Shown: in pieces, positions 27,271-32,354 of the stretch
How the letters are laid out: each line of letters begins with the position of its first letter
Position numbering within the stretch: the stretch's first letter is position 1
Assembly (NCBI GenBank): GCA_051747805.1
Contig: JBNJGP010000026.1
Location: 1-32,354 of the forward strand
Direction of reading: 5' to 3'
Length of the DNA: 32,354 nucleotides
Origin: Candidatus Muiribacteriota bacterium
GTDB lineage: Bacteria; Muiribacteriota; Muiribacteriia; Muiribacteriales; Muiribacteriaceae
Position numbers and translations under genes: made by a program
The notes under the pieces: model-generated
Databases searched by the model: none
What the model was told of the DNA's origin: nothing
Seen by the model: the letters and a program-made list of their open reading frames with translations, nothing else

Positions 27271-28138
27271 CTGTTATTTTTTTATTATATCCTATAACAA
27301 TATCATTAATATTAGTTCCCATAAGCTCCGCGATAGGACGGCATTTTGTAAGAAGCATAAAAAATATATCTTTTGATTTATCGCCATAAAGCGTTTCAAG
27401 ATTTCCTTGTCCTTTTGAAATAATTAAATCAGCTTTATTAAAAACTTTTTGAAAATCTCTGCTGCACTTGTTTTTATAAGTCCCTGGAGCATCATATCCG
27501 TTATTTATCAACTTATAACAGACTTCATCAATTCCGGCCTCCCTGGCCTCCAACATAGTTGCGTCATTTAAAATCGTATCACCTCTTACCGCGAAATAAA
27601 CTTTTTTACCATTATCTGAAAGCCATTTAACAAAATATTTGTCAAAATATATTTCACCCGCATTATCTCCGAGATAAAGAATTGTCTGCGCTTTGTTTAT
27701 TTTTTCCTCAAGCTCTTTAGAGTGATTAATACCAGCTTTTTTTGAGAGTCCAATTTTTAATATCTTTTCGATATCAAGCCTGTTAACCTCATCCTGAGTT
27801 TTTATATCAATTAAATTACCACTTATTACAAGAGAAATAAGCTCAGAAAAATTATTACAACTATCAAAATAGTTTTGAAGAAGCTTTTCATTTTCTCCGA
27901 TTAGTTCTCCTGATAACTTTTTAATTTCAGAATATGGGTCTGTATTAAACTTTATTCTTACTTCCCTGTGCATTTCAGTAGCAACTTCCATAGGTGTTTT
28001 TTCTGGAATAAGAGAGGCAATTTTTTTCATCTGTCCATAATAAAAATTATTTTTTTCTTCTTTTGAAACTTCACATTTATCAAGTACAAAAAGTAGTTGA
28101 TTTAAAATACACGGAACGCATTCTGGAAAAGCTTTCAT
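27263..28138 (-). CDS. DUF89/ARMT1-like damage-control phosphatase
   Basis: ECVPC, DPY, SGNLID, YLGDNAGEIYFD, ILNDAT, IISKGQGNLETL, KC; AAGGAG RBS. Confidence 0.9.
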   Translation of the reverse strand: MKAFPECVPCILNQLLFVLDKCEVSKEEKNNFYYGQMKKIASLIPEKTPMEVATEMHREVRIKFNTDPYSEIKKLSGELIGENEKLLQNYFDSCNNFSELISLVISGNLIDIKTQDEVNRLDIEKILKIGLSKKAGINHSKELEEKINKAQTILYLGDNAGEIYFDKYFVKWLSDNGKKVYFAVRGDTILNDATMLEAREAGIDEVCYKLINNGYDAPGTYKNKCSRDFQKVFNKADLIISKGQGNLETLYGDKSKDIFFMLLTKCRPIAELMGTNINDIVIGYNKKITDE

Positions 28139-28186
28139 TAAACACTCCTTAATTTTGATATTTTATAAAACTCAAGTCAAGTCTAT

Positions 28187-28214
28187 ACTTAACACTTAAC
28201 ACTAAAACCTTAAA
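28187..28214. repeat. Short degenerate heptamer tandem repeat
   Basis: ACTTAAC ACTTAAC ACTAAAA CCTTAAA. Confidence 0.4.
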
Positions 28215-28222
28215 AAAGCAAT

Positions 28223-28259
28223 AAAAAAAGGGTCAAATCATATTGATTTAACCCTTTTT
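28223..28259 (-). terminator. Intrinsic terminator of the TPR-like protein gene
   Basis: Minus strand AAAAAGGGTTAAATCA ATA TGATTTGACCC TTTTTTT. Confidence 0.8.
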
Positions 28260-28292
28260 AAATTTTAAAGAAATTATTTTAAAAAATAAAAA

Positions 28293-29531
28293 TTATTTAA
28301 ATAAAATCTGATTAACAAAATCAAAATTTCTTAATTTTGAAAAATTATTAAGCACAATTAATAAAGCTTCTTCCATTCTTTCATTATCCTCAATTTCATA
28401 AACAGCATTTAAAGCATTTTCATTAACTGTATAAGCTTTATCATCATTATTTAAAATATAGTTCAGCCAGAATAATCTGTCTAAAGCTTTAACTTTATAA
28501 AAATTATCTGAAATATTACTTATAGCTCCCTCAGCCATTGTAATAAATTCAAGTGCTTTTTCCTCATCATTAACAACATAATAAATGCCTGCAATATTCA
28601 TATAAGAATCAGCCTGATAATATGGTATTTCTATCTGAGCAACCTCAGCTACAGCTTCTGTTTCTAATAATTCAAAAGCCTCTTTTTTATCACCCATTAG
28701 AATCATTTGAGTTATAACTTCATTCAAAGCCTTCTCCTTATAATAGCTATCCTCAACAAGACGGGCAGAAGCAAGCGCTTCGTTAATAAGATTGTCTGCC
28801 ATTTCTTCATTATTTTTTATCTGTTGAAAATCTGCAATTTTTGCAGCTATTATACTTCTTAAATAATTGTCTGAAAGATTTAGAGTTTTATTTACAGCAA
28901 TATCCATTAAATTTTGGGCCATCTCATCATCACCAGTTAAAACAGAAACAATTATTGAAAGCTCAAGAGATACAAGAGATTTGTAATAAGGATCATTAAC
29001 ATAATCTAATTCATTTAATGCATCAACTAAAACTTCATTTGCTTCCTCATAATATCTGGTTTTCATCAATAATTTTATAAAATTATTATATAATCTAACT
29101 TTCTCATTACTGTTAAATACTTTATTATCAGTAACCTCAACACCAGCAAGAGCAGCATCCCTTGATAGTTCTCTAACACCAATCAAATTCATAAACTCTG
29201 CATAAGATTCAGAAATTTCAATATATGCTTTGGCCTGAAAATAACCATCATTTAAATTTTGTGCCTTAATTTCTGCATCAGCTAAAATATTATATGTAGT
29301 TTCATTTGTACCACTGTAAAGATATTCAACGGCAATATCAGTCATTTTTTCTATCTCTGTATAGGCAAAAGGAATATCCTCGCTACTTTCATATTCAGAA
29401 TCAAGAAAATCATAAACCCCAGAACCTCTTTCAAACTGCTCAAGTTTTGTTCGTGCAAGAGTATCAGCCGAAATTGATACAGTTGAAATTAAAAGTGAAA
29501 AAATAACCAAAAGTGAAAATAACTTTTTCAT
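28293..29531 (-). CDS. Secreted acidic TPR-like helical repeat protein
   Basis: Signal peptide MKKLFSLLVIFSLLISTVSISA; about 40-aa repeats starting VNDPYYK, LSDNYLR, VEDSYYK, IEIPYYQ, ISDNFYK, IEDNERM; AAGGAGG RBS. Confidence 0.75.
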   Translation of the reverse strand: MKKLFSLLVIFSLLISTVSISADTLARTKLEQFERGSGVYDFLDSEYESSEDIPFAYTEIEKMTDIAVEYLYSGTNETTYNILADAEIKAQNLNDGYFQAKAYIEISESYAEFMNLIGVRELSRDAALAGVEVTDNKVFNSNEKVRLYNNFIKLLMKTRYYEEANEVLVDALNELDYVNDPYYKSLVSLELSIIVSVLTGDDEMAQNLMDIAVNKTLNLSDNYLRSIIAAKIADFQQIKNNEEMADNLINEALASARLVEDSYYKEKALNEVITQMILMGDKKEAFELLETEAVAEVAQIEIPYYQADSYMNIAGIYYVVNDEEKALEFITMAEGAISNISDNFYKVKALDRLFWLNYILNNDDKAYTVNENALNAVYEIEDNERMEEALLIVLNNFSKLRNFDFVNQILFK

Positions 29532-29568
29532 GAAACCCTCCTTATAAAATTATCCGGTTATATTATTC

Positions 29569-29597
29569 AGTATAGAAAACATGTTGTTTTTTTTCAA
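29569..29597 (-). promoter_or_regulatory. Candidate sigma70 promoter of the TPR-like gene
   Basis: Minus strand TTGAAA-N17-TATACT. Confidence 0.6.
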
Positions 29598-29741
29598 CCA
29601 TTATTTTTTATTAATTATAATTAAAGATGTGATATAAAACTTTGCCCTTATAAAGCAAGTTTTAGCAAGTTTTTTTTAAATTGAAAATTTTTCAATAATT
29701 TGTTAATATTATCCTTTAAAAATGGTTAAGGAGATTTTTAT

Positions 29742-30332
29742 TTGGAACCACTTATTCTTCCTCTTTTAAATTCTTTTACCACCGGAATAAACCTCTATTT
29801 AACTCTTGCAATTTTAGGAATCTCAGGCAGATTCGGATATATAAAATTACCTGAAAATCTTGATATTTTAAGAAATAAATATTTGATTATTTTTGTTGTT
29901 TTAGTTTATGTATTTGAATTTTTAGCAGATAAAATACCTGTAATAGATACTTTATGGGATTTCATTCACACTTTTATACGCCCTCTAGGCGGGGCAATCC
30001 TGACATTTGCCGCAGTTGTGGGATTTGCCGAATCCATTCCTTTAAGTCTTCTTGCAGCAATAATAGGCGGAAGCATTTCCCTTGAAGCCCATATATTTAA
30101 AACCGAGACGAGAGCAGGCTCAACAATAACAACAGCCGGAATGGGGAATTCAGTTTTGAGCCTCTTAGAAGATGGAATTGTAGCATTATTATTTTATGTT
30201 TTTATTCAGAATCCGGTAATTTCAGGAATAATCGTGCTTTTATTAATTGCTGTAACGTTTTATTTATCTTTCAAAATGTTTAAATATATGAAAACTTTTT
30301 ATAAAAGAATTTCAAACTATAATAAAACTTAA
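29742..30332 (+). CDS. DUF4126 family membrane protein
   Basis: GINLYLT, EFLADKIPVIDTLWDFIHTFIRP, SLLEDG; TTG start with AAGGAG. Confidence 0.85.
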   Translation: MEPLILPLLNSFTTGINLYLTLAILGISGRFGYIKLPENLDILRNKYLIIFVVLVYVFEFLADKIPVIDTLWDFIHTFIRPLGGAILTFAAVVGFAESIPLSLLAAIIGGSISLEAHIFKTETRAGSTITTAGMGNSVLSLLEDGIVALLFYVFIQNPVISGIIVLLLIAVTFYLSFKMFKYMKTFYKRISNYNKT

Positions 30333-30337
30333 ATCCC

Positions 30338-31582
30338 TTACTTTTTAATAAAATCCGGCAGCTTTTTATTTGTATTACCACCTAACTCTTTTAACTTCTG
30401 CACTTTATCAATTAAAGTATGCCCCTTACCACCCTCACAAAGCTTTTTTAAAGCTTTATCATAAGCCTCATCTGTTTTTTCAATATTAACTTTAATATTT
30501 TTAAGATCATCAGCAAAAGAACAGAATTTTTCAAAAATTCCGCCAGCGAGATCAAAAATTTCTGCCAGATTTTTCTTCTGTTTTTCCTGCCGCCACACAA
30601 AAGAAACAGTTTTCAAGGCCGTAAGCAGAGTAATTGGAGAAACAAGTACAATATTTTTTTCCAGGGCGTTTTTATATATAGAAGAATCATTTTTTAAGGT
30701 TAAATTCAAGGCATGCTCTATAGGAAAGAAAATAAAAACAAAATCAACCGTATTTAAATCAGGCAGTTTTTCGTATTTTTTAGCGCTTAACTCTTTAATA
30801 TGTGATTTCACACTTTTAATATGATTATCCAGAGCCTGTTTTTTTAACTCCGGGTCTTCTTGATTATAGTATTTTTCATAACTTTTTAAACTAACTTTTG
30901 AATCAACTACTATCTGCTTATCACCAGGAAGCTTAATTATAAAATCAGGTTTCAAAAGACTTCCCTCCTCATTTCTATATCCCTGTTGAGGTTTATAAAA
31001 AATATTTTTATCCAGGCCAGATTGTTCAAGAATAATTTCAAGCTGCATTTCACCCCAGTCTCCCTGAACTTTATTATCCCCTTTTAAAGCAGAAACCAAA
31101 TTATTAGCCTCCTGACTTATTTTTGAATTTGACTTTTCCAGATTAGATATAACATTTTTCAAAACTGAAATTTCTTTAGTTTCTTCAGTATGAATATTTT
31201 CAATTCTGGATTTAAACTCTGAAAGCTCTTTGTTTAAAGGTTTTAATATATCACCTAACTTTATTTCATTAGATTTTAGCAACTCTTCCCGTTGAGCGTT
31301 AATAATTTTCTGAGTAATATTTTCAAATTCCTTAGACAAGTTCTGCTGCATATTTTTTATTTCATTCTCTTTTTCATCCACTTTTTCTTTTAAGTGAAAT
31401 ATATTCTGTTCATTTTTTGAATTTACATTATTTAATTCTAAAATATTATTATCTTTTTCTTTAATTATAGAATCTTTTTCTTTAAGCTCGTTATTTTTTT
31501 TATTAATTATAAAAAATTCTGTAAAAATCAAAATAACACCTGCAACCGATAGTATAATAAAAGATATTTCCACAAAAACCAC
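30338..31582 (-). CDS. rmuC: DNA recombination protein RmuC
   Basis: N-terminal TM and coiled coil; QGDWGEMQLE, KPDFIIKLPG, VVDSKV, DFVFIFFPIE, SPITLL; GTG start. Confidence 0.93.
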   Translation of the reverse strand: MVFVEISFIILSVAGVILIFTEFFIINKKNNELKEKDSIIKEKDNNILELNNVNSKNEQNIFHLKEKVDEKENEIKNMQQNLSKEFENITQKIINAQREELLKSNEIKLGDILKPLNKELSEFKSRIENIHTEETKEISVLKNVISNLEKSNSKISQEANNLVSALKGDNKVQGDWGEMQLEIILEQSGLDKNIFYKPQQGYRNEEGSLLKPDFIIKLPGDKQIVVDSKVSLKSYEKYYNQEDPELKKQALDNHIKSVKSHIKELSAKKYEKLPDLNTVDFVFIFFPIEHALNLTLKNDSSIYKNALEKNIVLVSPITLLTALKTVSFVWRQEKQKKNLAEIFDLAGGIFEKFCSFADDLKNIKVNIEKTDEAYDKALKKLCEGGKGHTLIDKVQKLKELGGNTNKKLPDFIKK

Positions 31583-31653
31583 CTGTTATTATTTTTTTTA
31601 CAATCAATTCATTATAACATATAATTCATTAACTCTAAACGGAAAAAAATTTA

Positions 31654-31662
31654 TGATATAAT
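31654..31662 (+). promoter_or_regulatory. Extended -10 element 6 nt before the prepilin ATG
   Basis: TGATATAAT-AATAAT-ATG, no Shine-Dalgarno. Confidence 0.55.
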
Positions 31663-31668
31663 AATAAT

Positions 31669-32073
31669 ATGCCTAAAAAAAAATCCGGTAATACACTTGT
31701 AGAATTAATGGTCACCTTGACAATATTAGTAATTGCCGGCGGTCCTATTATATTTATGTTTATCACAGCCTCAAAAGGGGTTGATTCACAAGTTGATTAT
31801 TACACAGCCATGTACTTAACAAGGGGTTTAGCTGAAAAACATTTAGCGCAGATTTCTAATGATTATAGTGCAATAATGTATAGCGATAATTTCAGTAACC
31901 CCCATGAAAAATTCAGCTATACAATAAAATATGACAGAATTTCCAACAGATTATACAAAGTTACCATAACAACCAGCTGGGAGGGTCCTCAAAAAGAAAT
32001 TAAGTATCCTCTTTCATTTATGGTATCTAGAAAAAATCCTGTCAAAGTTGAAATAGAACGAACCTATAAATAA
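31669..32073 (+). CDS. Type IV pilin/pseudopilin-like protein with prepilin cleavage motif
   Basis: MPKKKSG/NTLVELMVTLTILVIA: basic leader, Gly -1, Glu +5, hydrophobic helix; C-terminal YKVTITTSW. Confidence 0.82.
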   Translation: MPKKKSGNTLVELMVTLTILVIAGGPIIFMFITASKGVDSQVDYYTAMYLTRGLAEKHLAQISNDYSAIMYSDNFSNPHEKFSYTIKYDRISNRLYKVTITTSWEGPQKEIKYPLSFMVSRKNPVKVEIERTYK

Positions 32074-32089
32074 AAATACATTACCATAA

Positions 32090-32248
32090 TTACTGAAAGT
32101 TATTTTCACTACATTTTTTCAAAATCAGAAAAAAATATCCTCCTCCATCTTCAATAAGTTTTAAAGCTATTTGTGTTTTATAAACATATACACAATCACC
32201 ATTTATTATTTTATCAATAGTTGAAATTCCAATAGGTAATTTTTTCAT
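32090..32248 (-). pseudogene. 52-codon N-terminal remnant of an AAA-ATPase-like (PD-(D/E)XK-associated) gene
   Basis: My translation MKKLPIGISTIDKIINGDCVYVYKTQIALKLIEDGGGYFFLILKKCSENNFQ matches the family start KKLPIGI..YVDKT..YYFL but diverges and stops where SRPRRFGKS is expected. Confidence 0.7.
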
Positions 32249-32307
32249 AGAGATATTATACCAGATTCAAATTTAAAAGAGAAGAAAAGAAACAAAATCC
32301 AGAAGCC

Positions 32308-32332
32308 GGGCAGAACAGTGTTCTTCGCCTAC
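32308..32332 (-). repeat. GTAG-type REP-like palindrome
   Basis: Minus strand GTAGGCGAAGAACACTGTTCTGCCC: GTAG followed by an imperfect hairpin (AGAAC/GTTCT, GGC/GCC). Confidence 0.5.
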
Positions 32333-32354
32333 AATAGATAAGAGCAATGGATTT

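Noticed and set aside
608..29506. Short antisense or nested ORFs in the track (e.g. 608-793, 2786-3094, 11318-11659, 21227-21448, 23182-23541, 29306-29506)
   Set aside because: They overlap confident genes and read as shadow frames.
1..32354. CRISPR array, tRNA, rRNA, prophage, transposase or stop-codon recoding
   Set aside because: None seen by eye; intergenic gaps are short, and TGA, TAG and TAA all end genes at expected family lengths.

Overview
AT-rich (roughly 30% GC by eye) bacterial chromosomal segment, standard code 11, densely coding and almost entirely on the minus strand. Three blocks: (1) yebC-ruvC-ruvA-ruvB-queH-spoIID-Ski2/HelY helicase-nadB; (2) hsp20, an orphan sigma54 response regulator, a Wzz-like protein, an EamA transporter and a convergent Nudix gene; (3) a tightly packed 13-gene run from a DUF89 phosphatase through a polymerase-dead PolX-PHP, GNAT, DUF2156, core methionine synthase, metV, metF, a short RACo-type ASKHA activator, glmM, two stand-alone cNMP-binding proteins, a PHP-degenerate dnaE and yjbQ. 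The right end carries a secreted TPR-like repeat protein, DUF4126, rmuC, a prepilin and an AAA-ATPase gene remnant. No rRNA, tRNA, CRISPR array, prophage or transposase was seen. Most content is housekeeping and I cannot demonstrate a new system. The best leads are the AdoMet-domain-less methionine synthase paired with an activator lacking an Fe-S domain, the complementary degeneration of DnaE and PolX, four apparently leaderless genes, a candidate sigma54 promoter and enhancer for hsp20, and small palindromic repeats at both window ends and after hsp20.
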